NCBI GenBank assembly: GCA_964236615.1
Contig: CAXSGV010000007.1
Coordinates: 7,279 to 35,509 of the forward strand
Reading direction: 5' to 3'
Origin: an uncultured Polyangiaceae bacterium
Lineage (GTDB): Bacteria > Myxococcota_A > Polyangia > Polyangiales > Polyangiaceae
Length of the DNA stretch: 28,231 bases
Both the position numbers and the translations under genes were made by a program. The notes below the pieces were generated by a model. It was not told where the DNA came from, ran no database searches, and saw nothing but the letters and a program-made list of their open reading frames with translations. The number at the start of each line of letters is the position of its first letter. The stretch's first letter is position 1. Positions 15,456 through 22,440 of the stretch are shown here, piece after piece.

Positions 15456-17707
15456 GGTGCACCTCCGCGGCCGACGATGCGGAAGACGACGCGATCGCTT
15501 TCGACCGAGAGCCCGGAGTCACGCGTGGCCTTCTCGCCGCCGACGATCTCGCCGAGCACGACGGGGATGGTGTCGGGCCACCAGTCGACGACCTCGCCGC
15601 TCGCGGATTCGATCGGTTGCCACGTGTGCGAGATCTCGTCGCCGAGCTTGCCGGTGAGGCCGGCGCCGATCGCCGAGATGGCGAGCGGATGCACGGTGAG
15701 CGAGCCCGCGGTCACGACGTGGCGTGCGTGGTGCTTGATGGCGAGGCGCCCGTCCACCGCGTGGACCTTGTCGCCGTCCTTCACTGTCTCGAACCAGTAG
15801 ATGCCGACGCCGGGCACGCTGATGAGGACGTTCTTCAGCTCGCGACCGGTGTGGTTCACGACGTCGTAGGTGCCGTCCTTCGTCGGAAGAACGCTGACGC
15901 CGCCCTTCATGTCGAAGAAGCCCTCCTCACGCACGACGATCGTCTGCCAGGGCAGGGACGTGATGTCCTCGAGCGTGGAGCCGTTGCGGTCGATCCGGAG
16001 CGCGCTCTGATCGTGCACGAGCGAATCGGTGGTCGCGACGTTGAGGACGCTGGTGGAGTCCGTCGACGCGATGCTGAGCGCGCGCGTCTCGCTCGTGAAG
16101 AAGCCGCGGAAGCGACGGATGGATCCGCGCGACACGCCCGCCCCCGACTCGACGATCGCGAGGTGCCGTGCGCGCCCCTTCCAGCCCTTTCCGGCGAGGC
16201 CGACGAGCACGATGGCGGCAAACGCCGCGGCGCTCCAGATCGGAACCCACTTGAGCGGGCTCAGCGGTTTGCCGCGCTTGGCTGCGCGCATGAACGTCAC
16301 CGGGCCCGCCATGATCGAATAGAGGACCAGCAGGATCGCGGCGACGCCGAGCGCGGGTCGGAAGTTCTCGTTCGGATCGAGCGCGCGCCGGACCTCGTCG
16401 AAGCGCGCCATGTAACGCTCACCACCACCCTGCGCGACGACGTGCGTGGCCCGCCGATCCCACGCGTGCGTGACGAGGTCGACGACGCGTGAGTGCACCC
16501 ACGGATCGTCGAGCATCGGGGCGATCGTCGGATCGAACGCGAGCAGGTGAACCTCGCCGCTTCCGTAGGGCGCGCTCGCGCCGAAGACGCTCGGCACGAG
16601 GTTGCCCCCGGAGTAACCCTCGAGCTTCGCGCGCACGTCGGGGGTCGGACCGACCTTCGGCCACTTCGGCATGACGGTGCGGATCGGGATGAAGGGGTTC
16701 TCGCCCCCTCCGTGCTCGTCGTGCGGATCGAGGTCGAGCTTCATCGGTGTGTCGGGGTCTTGCGGCGGCGGGCTGTCGAGCGGATCGGTCGGAAAGAGAC
16801 CGCCCGGCGGCTGCGGTTTGTCGACCGCGGGAAGCGACATCATGACGGGCGGGGGAGGGGTCGTGACGACGACGCCACCGGTGAGCGCGGTCACCGTCGC
16901 GCTGCGGAGATCCTCGGGACGCGTCGGAACGATCGCGAGCGTGCCACCCGAGATCACCCAGCTCACGAGCGCGTCGAGCGACACCGCGTCGAGCCGCGCG
17001 AGCGCGTCGGAGTGAATGAGCACGACCGTCGCCGCCGAGTAGGCCGCCGCGTGATCGGGGAGGATGGGATCGCCGGTCGACCGATCGAAGGTGGGCACGC
17101 CGATCGTGAGCGTGGCCTTGGACGCGCCCGCGCCGTAGCCCGCGTAGGAGCCGTAGCCCTGCGGATTCCACGCGACGGGAATGGGCCAGTTGCGCATGAC
17201 GACTGCGAGGCGCGACGGCTGATCGACGTCGACGATCATCGGGTTCGAGACGCCGCTCGCGGTGATGTTCATTCCCGCGAGCTTCTCGCCCGACTCGTCC
17301 TTCACGATCAGTGTGAGCGTCGGCGCTTGGAACGCGAAGCCGTGCGTCGGCATCTTGACGATGACGCTGCGCCCAGGAGCGACGTTGAATGGGGCGCGCG
17401 TGGTGAACGCCTGCTCGTGTCCCCAGGGTAATGCGCTCGTGAGCTCGATGTTTCCCTTGCGGGTCGTACCGCCGACGTTGTCGATGCTGACGGCGATCTC
17501 GATCCAGCCGTCGCCCGTCGCTGCTTCGCTGCCGAACACCGGGGCAGCGCGCACCGAGATCGTCGGCCGTGGCTTTTCGGCCTGCGCGCCAGTCGCCTGC
17601 GTGCCGGGTGCAACGTCCTGCTCCGCGTGTGCGGAGCCCGACAGCGACAGCAGCGTGACGGCGGTGATTGCCGCGTGAAGGGTGCGGAGCAAGCGCTTTC
17701 CGATCAT
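15452..17707 (-). CDS. Exported membrane-anchored protein with a GATase1-like Rossmann segment, 751 aa
   Basis: Start reassigned to ATG 17707 (MIGKRLLR; ATGA overlap with the moxR stop). Signal peptide ending AHA, an Ig-like N-domain, the segment VVLIHSDALARLDAVSLDALVSWVISGGTLAIV, two central TM helices (AAILLVLYSIMAGPV; WVPIWSAAAFAAIVLV), then a C-terminal beta-rich domain. Confidence 0.8.
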   Translation of the reverse strand: MIGKRLLRTLHAAITAVTLLSLSGSAHAEQDVAPGTQATGAQAEKPRPTISVRAAPVFGSEAATGDGWIEIAVSIDNVGGTTRKGNIELTSALPWGHEQAFTTRAPFNVAPGRSVIVKMPTHGFAFQAPTLTLIVKDESGEKLAGMNITASGVSNPMIVDVDQPSRLAVVMRNWPIPVAWNPQGYGSYAGYGAGASKATLTIGVPTFDRSTGDPILPDHAAAYSAATVVLIHSDALARLDAVSLDALVSWVISGGTLAIVPTRPEDLRSATVTALTGGVVVTTPPPPVMMSLPAVDKPQPPGGLFPTDPLDSPPPQDPDTPMKLDLDPHDEHGGGENPFIPIRTVMPKWPKVGPTPDVRAKLEGYSGGNLVPSVFGASAPYGSGEVHLLAFDPTIAPMLDDPWVHSRVVDLVTHAWDRRATHVVAQGGGERYMARFDEVRRALDPNENFRPALGVAAILLVLYSIMAGPVTFMRAAKRGKPLSPLKWVPIWSAAAFAAIVLVGLAGKGWKGRARHLAIVESGAGVSRGSIRRFRGFFTSETRALSIASTDSTSVLNVATTDSLVHDQSALRIDRNGSTLEDITSLPWQTIVVREEGFFDMKGGVSVLPTKDGTYDVVNHTGRELKNVLISVPGVGIYWFETVKDGDKVHAVDGRLAIKHHARHVVTAGSLTVHPLAISAIGAGLTGKLGDEISHTWQPIESASGEVVDWWPDTIPVVLGEIVGGEKATRDSGLSVESDRVVFRIVGRGGAP

Positions 17708-18747
17708 GCGCGCGGACCGGCCTTCGAGCGCTCCGCGTCGACGTTCGCCGGCCGTGTGGCGACAGCGGACAAGAGCGCGTCGACGACCGAGTCGGTGGTG
17801 ATGCCGTCGGCCTCGCCCTCGAAGGAGCGAATCATGCGGTGGCGCAGCGCGGGTTTGGCGACCGCGGCGATATCCGCAAACGACACGTTCGCGCGCCCTT
17901 CGCAGAGCGCGACCGCCTTGGCTGCGAGCACGAGCGACTGCGCCCCGCGCACGCCCGCGCCGTACCGAAGGCCACGCTTCACGAGATCGGGAGCGTCCGG
18001 CGTACCGGGATCGCTGGCGCGCACGAGACGCGCGGCGTAACGCGCGACCGGCTCGGCGACGGCGACGTCGCGGCAAAGCGCGCGGAGCTGCAGCACGCCC
18101 TCGCGACCGAGCACCTTCGGCGGAGGATCGCCGGCGCGGCCGGTCGTGCGCGCGAGCACGGCGACGAGATCGTCCTCGCTCGGGTTCGGCACGACGACTT
18201 TGAGGAGGAAGCGATCGAGCTGCGCTTCGGGGAGGGGATACGTCCCTTCCATCTCGATGGGGTTCTCGGTGGCGAGCACGAAGAAGGGCTCGTCGAGGAC
18301 GTGGCGCGTTCCGGCGATCGTGACGGCGTGCTCCGCCATCGCTTCGAGCAACGCCGACTGCGTCTTCGGCGTCGCGCGGTTGATCTCGTCGGCGAGGACG
18401 ATCTGGCCGAAGATCGGGCCCTTCTGGACCGCGAACATCGTGCCGGCCGCGCGCTGGGCCGCGTCCATGACGAGCACGTTCGTACCGACGACGTCGCTCG
18501 GCATGAGATCGGGCGTGAACTGAATGCGCGAGAACTTCAGCTCGAGGCACTGCGACAAGGTCTTCACGAGGAGCGTCTTGCCGAGGCCGGGCGCGCCTTC
18601 GAGGAGCACGTGGCCGCCTGCGACGAGGCCCCACATGACTTGATCGACGACCATCGCCTGACCGACGACCACGCGTCCGATCGCTTCTCGCAACGTGGCG
18701 ACGGCCGCCGCTGCTTGCTTCAACCCTGCCTCGAATTGGTCTGCCAT
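17704..18747 (-). CDS. moxR: MoxR family AAA+ ATPase (MoxR-proper type), 347 aa
   Basis: HVLLEGAPGLGKT, RIQFTPDLMPSD, LADEINRATPKTQSALLEAM, ATENPIEMEGTYPLPEAQLDRF, GAGVRG, PALRHR. Confidence 0.96.
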   Translation of the reverse strand: MADQFEAGLKQAAAAVATLREAIGRVVVGQAMVVDQVMWGLVAGGHVLLEGAPGLGKTLLVKTLSQCLELKFSRIQFTPDLMPSDVVGTNVLVMDAAQRAAGTMFAVQKGPIFGQIVLADEINRATPKTQSALLEAMAEHAVTIAGTRHVLDEPFFVLATENPIEMEGTYPLPEAQLDRFLLKVVVPNPSEDDLVAVLARTTGRAGDPPPKVLGREGVLQLRALCRDVAVAEPVARYAARLVRASDPGTPDAPDLVKRGLRYGAGVRGAQSLVLAAKAVALCEGRANVSFADIAAVAKPALRHRMIRSFEGEADGITTDSVVDALLSAVATRPANVDAERSKAGPRA

Positions 18748-18760
18748 TTGAGCTCTCTTG

Positions 18761-20743
18761 CTATGGCTGGAAATACTGCCGAACGTGCTCTCGGTATTCT
18801 TCGGGCACGTCGCTGCGCTCGACGCCGTCGACCTCGCTCGGACCGACGACGCGAAGGTCGCCGGTGCCGCGCGTGTTGGCGGTGCCGCCGGCCTTGCCTG
18901 GAACGAACGTCGTCACCGACCCCGGCATAGCCTCGCCCTTGTTCATCGGACCGCGCGCGCGCGACTTCAGCGTGTGCGCGTCGATGGGGCCCGTGCTGCC
19001 CTTGTGATCGCCAGAGCCTTGATCGTGACTGCCGTGACCGCCGTTGCCGTTGCCGCTGTTCTGTCCGCCCTGGCCTTGCCCTTGCTGGCCTTGCCCCTGG
19101 CCGGGCATCGGAATCCCGCCTTGGCCTTGTTGGCCTTGCTGCCCCTGGCCTTGCTGCCCCTGGCCTTGCTGCCCCTGGCCTTGCTGCCCTTGGCCTTGCT
19201 GCCCCTGACCCTGCTGCCCTTGACCCTGTTGACCCTGACCCTGCTGCCCTTGACCCTGTTGACCCTGCTGGCCTTGGCCCTGCTGCCCTTGCTCGCCTTG
19301 CTTGCCGATGTCGCCTTCGGTGCCGTTCGCGCCATCCTCGGCATCGTCGAGGCCCTTCTGGCGCTTGGACTCTTCGGACTCGGCGTCGTCCTTTGCCATC
19401 TCCTTCAGCTGATCTTCGAGCTTCTTCTGACCTTCGGGCGTCGAGAGATCGTCGGCAAGATCCTTCATCTGATCGGCATCCCCTTGCGAGGTGCCCTTGC
19501 CCTTCGACATCTCTTTCAGCTTTTCGGCGAGGCGCTTTCGCTCCTCGGGCGTGAGCTTCTCGAGCGCCTTGCCCATCGAGTCGGCAAGCTTCTTCGCTGC
19601 CGCGTCGGACTTCTCACGATCGAGCGCTTCGCTCTCCGACTTCAAGCTGCCTCCCGATTCGCCGGTCTCCTTCATTGCGTCGGCGAGATCGCGTAGGGCC
19701 GTCGCGCGCTTCTCGCGCTTCTCGATCCCCTTCTTCTGATCTTCGAGGGCCTTGGCGACGTCCTTCGCGCCGTTCTTCTTTGCCGCGTCGGAGGCCTCGT
19801 CGAGCTTCTTCTTCGCGATCTCGCGGTCCGCTTTCTCGCGCTCGTTGGCGATGCGCTCCATCTCCTGATCGACGCTCTCGAGATCGTGATCGCCGAGCGC
19901 TTTGGCGGCGCGCTTCGTGACGTCGCTCTCTTCGAGCTTCGACACCGCGCTCTCGAGCCCCGCGCGCTGCTCGCCTTGGCCGAGGGAAAGCCGCTCTTCG
20001 GAGATGGCTTCGCGAAGGCGCGCGATCTTGTCCTGCGCCTCGCGCTTCTCCATGCCCTTCGCGAGCTCTTCTTTCAGCTTCTCCGCATCCTTCGCGATCT
20101 TGTCGAGACGTTCGCGCTGCGCTTCGTCGCGCGCCGTCAGCTGGCCGACCTTCGCGATCTTCTTCAGACCTTCCACCTGTGCAATCTGCACCTTTGCCGT
20201 CCCCGGAGGGGCGGCGCTCACGGGAGCGACCGGAAGCGGCGCACGCGCTACGCCAACGAGCGCGAGGATCGCAAACGGCACGAGCGCATGCACCGGCTTC
20301 CACAGAGGCGGACGCACGCGCTTCGGGTCTCCGCCGGCGAGCGCGCTCGCGGCCGTCGTGATGACGACCGCGCGCGCGGCGTCGCCCTGCTCGCGCGACT
20401 CGCTCGTGCTCTCGACAGCGGTGGCGATCGCCTCTTCAGTGGAGAGGCGCTCGTCGAGGAACAGTGCGACGTCGGTGTCGCTCCATCGCTTGCGACGCGC
20501 AGACACGAGACCGAGGCCAATGCCGACCGCACCGAGCCCAGCGGCGTAGGGACGAAGATCGCCGTGACGCGTCTTCCACGCGATGCCGGCGAGAACGACG
20601 GAGACCGCCAGCGCGAGCGCGAAGCCCGTGAGCGCTTCGCGAAACGCGAGCCGGTTGCGAACGCGGCGCGCCCAACGCGCGAAGAGCGGTCGGAACCGCG
20701 CTGCCTCGCTGCCGCCTGGTGCTCGTCCCTTTTGTTCCGCCAT
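18761..20743 (-). CDS. Membrane-anchored coiled-coil protein with a Q/G repeat linker (DUF4175-like architecture), 660 aa
   Basis: N-terminal TM helices, the motif ALFLDERLSTEE, a further TM helix, a long charged coiled coil, a GQGQQ repeat tract, and the C-terminal motif VPEEYREHVRQYF. Confidence 0.8.
   Translation of the reverse strand: MAEQKGRAPGGSEAARFRPLFARWARRVRNRLAFREALTGFALALAVSVVLAGIAWKTRHGDLRPYAAGLGAVGIGLGLVSARRKRWSDTDVALFLDERLSTEEAIATAVESTSESREQGDAARAVVITTAASALAGGDPKRVRPPLWKPVHALVPFAILALVGVARAPLPVAPVSAAPPGTAKVQIAQVEGLKKIAKVGQLTARDEAQRERLDKIAKDAEKLKEELAKGMEKREAQDKIARLREAISEERLSLGQGEQRAGLESAVSKLEESDVTKRAAKALGDHDLESVDQEMERIANEREKADREIAKKKLDEASDAAKKNGAKDVAKALEDQKKGIEKREKRATALRDLADAMKETGESGGSLKSESEALDREKSDAAAKKLADSMGKALEKLTPEERKRLAEKLKEMSKGKGTSQGDADQMKDLADDLSTPEGQKKLEDQLKEMAKDDAESEESKRQKGLDDAEDGANGTEGDIGKQGEQGQQGQGQQGQQGQGQQGQGQQGQGQQGQGQQGQGQQGQGQQGQGQQGQGQQGQQGQGGIPMPGQGQGQQGQGQGGQNSGNGNGGHGSHDQGSGDHKGSTGPIDAHTLKSRARGPMNKGEAMPGSVTTFVPGKAGGTANTRGTGDLRVVGPSEVDGVERSDVPEEYREHVRQYFQP
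19069..19300 (-). repeat. Coding tandem repeats for (GQGQQ)n
   Basis: The 15-bp unit GGCCTTGCTGCCCCT occurs x5 at 19132-19206 (one copy has 1 mismatch). The exact 30-bp unit CCCTGACCCTGCTGCCCTTGACCCTGTTGA occurs x2 at 19203-19262. Confidence 0.92.
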
Positions 20744-20776
20744 GTTCTTCCCCCGTCCTCAACGGAAAGCGATCCG

Positions 20777-20782
20777 ATTGTA
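20777..20782 (-). promoter_or_regulatory. Candidate -10 box TACAAT for the 8-gene operon
   Basis: The minus strand reads GACTACAATCGG, 33 nt upstream of ATG 20743, which has a GAGG/GGGGA SD. There is no convincing -35, so an activator may be needed. Confidence 0.4.
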
Positions 20783-20839
20783 GTCCCGATCTTCTCTACG
20801 TTCGCAGGAGCTTCGCGTGCTTCGAGCACATGAAAAATC

Positions 20840-21046
20840 GCGGCCGACGCCAACGCCGAAGGGTGGACCCAGGGGCGGGTGAGACTGGATCAACGGACCC
20901 CCAGCGACGGCTCCATGAAGGCGGATCCCCTGGGCCCCGGACGAAAACGAGAGCGCCCTACACAGGCGAATTCGTGTCGGAAAGCCCGCTGGGCAGGGCC
21001 GACACGCGACGCGATCACCCCTGCCGGGCGTTGGCGCGCCGGCTGC
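20840..21046. ncRNA. Candidate structured ncRNA (~207 nt, 6S-like rod or branched fold); strand unresolved
   Basis: Nested pairings read by eye: 20840-46/21040-46 (7 bp), 20848-57/21027-36 (10 bp perfect), 20861-66/21015-20. Inner rod: 20900-06/20987-93 (7 bp perfect) and 20921-26/20970-75. Competing 8-bp helices: 20868-75/20927-34 and 20973-80/20999-21006. It lies fully inside an intergenic region. Confidence 0.45.
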
Positions 21047-21047
21047 A
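21031..21047 (+). promoter_or_regulatory. sigma54-like -24/-12 promoter TTGGCGCG-CCGG-CTGCA
   Basis: GG (21033-34) and GC (21045-46) are separated by exactly 10 nt, close to the YTGGCACG-N4-TTGCW consensus. The predicted TSS (~21058) is ~39 nt before GTG 21097, which has a GGAGG SD. Confidence 0.5.
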
Positions 21048-21096
21048 GTACCCGTGACACTCACCCTGGATCCTTCCGATCCGCTGGAGGTTGACC

Positions 21097-22296
21097 GTGC
21101 TCCCCTTTCACAAGCGCACCCCCCGAACCGATGACTTCGAAGATCTCCACACGGGAGACCTCATGGAAGTCGTTGGGCCGGTCGTTGCGAAGAGCAGCCA
21201 CGTTCCCGCCAGCTTTCCGGCGCCGCCCTCGAGCCGCCCCCAGATGTTCCGCGAGCCCTCGTCGACCGACGAGGTCACCTGCCTGATGCCGGCGAAGGGC
21301 TACGGCACGCTTCCCCCGCCGCCCCGCTCGGTCCGTCCGAGCGTCAGCGCGCCTGTACAGTCCTTCCGCCCCCCGCAGCACCAAGGCTTCGTGCACCAGC
21401 AGCCGCACCAGCAGCCGCAGCAGCTCGACGCGGAATCGACCCGCACCGACTACCGCACGCTGCCCCCGACTTACGGCTCCTTTCCCCCGCCTCCTCGCGC
21501 GCCGTTTGCGATGTCTGCGATGCCGCAGCCGATTCCACAGTCGATGCTCTCGACGATCCCGCCGGCGCCGGGCTCGTTTTCGCCCGTCGCGTACAGCATG
21601 TCGACGGCCAAGAGCGACTCGGATGCCCGCATCGATCCCCCCGCCACCGTCATCACCACGCGGACGAAGGTCCTCACCGGCCGGCCGACCCTGTCCTGGG
21701 GTGCTGCGCTCGTCGCGATGGGCATCTTCGGCGGTCTCGTCACCGCCGTTCTCGCGCGCGGCGACGGCGACGCGCTCGTCGACGCCACCGCTTCCTTCGT
21801 CGATCCCGCGCACGCGGCCCACGCAGCCCAGGCTCCCGCCGTCGAGAGCAAGCTCGTGACCGCAACGCCCATGCTGCAAAACCCCGCGCCCGCGCCCGTT
21901 TCAGCCGCGCCTGCGCCTACCGAGCTCGGCGTGGTCGCGACGACCACGACGCCCGCTGTGACGACGCCCGCTGCCGACCCGATCGCTGCAAAGCCGGCCA
22001 CCGCGTCGATGGCGTATTCGCATCCGGCACAGGCCGTCGAGAAGAAGGCCGAGCCGAAGGCTCTCGAGGCTCCGAAAGCCGCCGCGCCTGCGCCCCTTGC
22101 CGCAAAGGCCGCGATCAAGCCCTGGACGCCCCCCGCGCGTCCCGCCGCTGCGCCCCCTGCCGAGAAGGCGGAGAAGGCGGAGAAAACCACGACCGCGAAG
22201 GCCGACAAGAAAGGCAGCGCCTCGAAGGACGATCTCGCGAGCGCGAAAGAAGCCAAGGCGCTTGCCGACGCACAGCTCGAGGCATCGCTCCGCTAA
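21097..22296 (+). CDS. Pro-rich single-pass membrane protein, paralog A, 399 aa
   Basis: GGAGG (21086-21090) lies 6 nt before GTG 21097; the track uses TTG 21091. A Pro/Ser-rich N-terminal region, a TM helix WGAALVAMGIFGGLVTAVL, an Ala/Pro/Lys-rich linker, and the C-terminal helix DLASAKEAKALADAQLEASLR. Confidence 0.8.
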   Translation: MLPFHKRTPRTDDFEDLHTGDLMEVVGPVVAKSSHVPASFPAPPSSRPQMFREPSSTDEVTCLMPAKGYGTLPPPPRSVRPSVSAPVQSFRPPQHQGFVHQQPHQQPQQLDAESTRTDYRTLPPTYGSFPPPPRAPFAMSAMPQPIPQSMLSTIPPAPGSFSPVAYSMSTAKSDSDARIDPPATVITTRTKVLTGRPTLSWGAALVAMGIFGGLVTAVLARGDGDALVDATASFVDPAHAAHAAQAPAVESKLVTATPMLQNPAPAPVSAAPAPTELGVVATTTTPAVTTPAADPIAAKPATASMAYSHPAQAVEKKAEPKALEAPKAAAPAPLAAKAAIKPWTPPARPAAAPPAEKAEKAEKTTTAKADKKGSASKDDLASAKEAKALADAQLEASLR

Positions 22297-22316
22297 CCCT
22301 CGCCTCGAACGACTCC

Positions 22317-22405
22317 ATCCGGATCCGGATCGTCGCCCCCGCTGAGGAGGTGACGTCGGCCTCCGACGCAGTGCGAACCCGCGAAATCGTCGCGGGTTTC
22401 CGCAC
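22317..22405. other. Cluster of palindromes/hairpins between the paralogs
   Basis: Perfect 14-bp palindrome ATCCGGATCCGGAT (22317-22330). Hairpin CGTCGG-CCT-CCGACG (22354-22368). Hairpin GTGCG-AACCCGCGA-AATCG-TCGCGGGTT-TC-CGCAC (22371-22405; 14 bp with a 2-nt bulge). Confidence 0.7.
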
Positions 22406-22440
22406 GCGCTACGACATTGTTGATGGACGAGGGTGCGTCC

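Noticed and set aside
17708-18634. N-terminal 309 aa of track ORF 15452..18634 (1060 aa)
   Set aside because: An off-frame read of moxR. The real protein starts at ATG 17707 with a signal peptide and an ATGA overlap.
18758-19696. Plus-strand ORF with Leu-rich repeats (LLPLA)n that looks like a membrane protein
   Set aside because: It is the antisense image of the GQGQQ repeat.
20852-20866. CGCCGAAGG resembles the glycine riboswitch core; nearby GACTGG and GCTGGGCA resemble parts of ZTP and SAM-I motifs
   Set aside because: The partner elements are missing (GGAGAG and CTCTCAGG for glycine; ATC-AGAG and GCAACC for SAM-I; P1/P3 geometry for ZTP), and the flanking genes do not fit.
20840-21046. 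MITE interpretation of the inverted-repeat element
   Set aside because: No target-site duplication, the arms are interrupted by bulges and G-U-type pairs, and there is no transposase in the window. A genome-wide copy search would settle it.
22172-22193. GAGAAGGCG tandem repeat (EKA-EKA-EK) in paralog A
   Set aside because: Short, ordinary low-complexity linker slippage.
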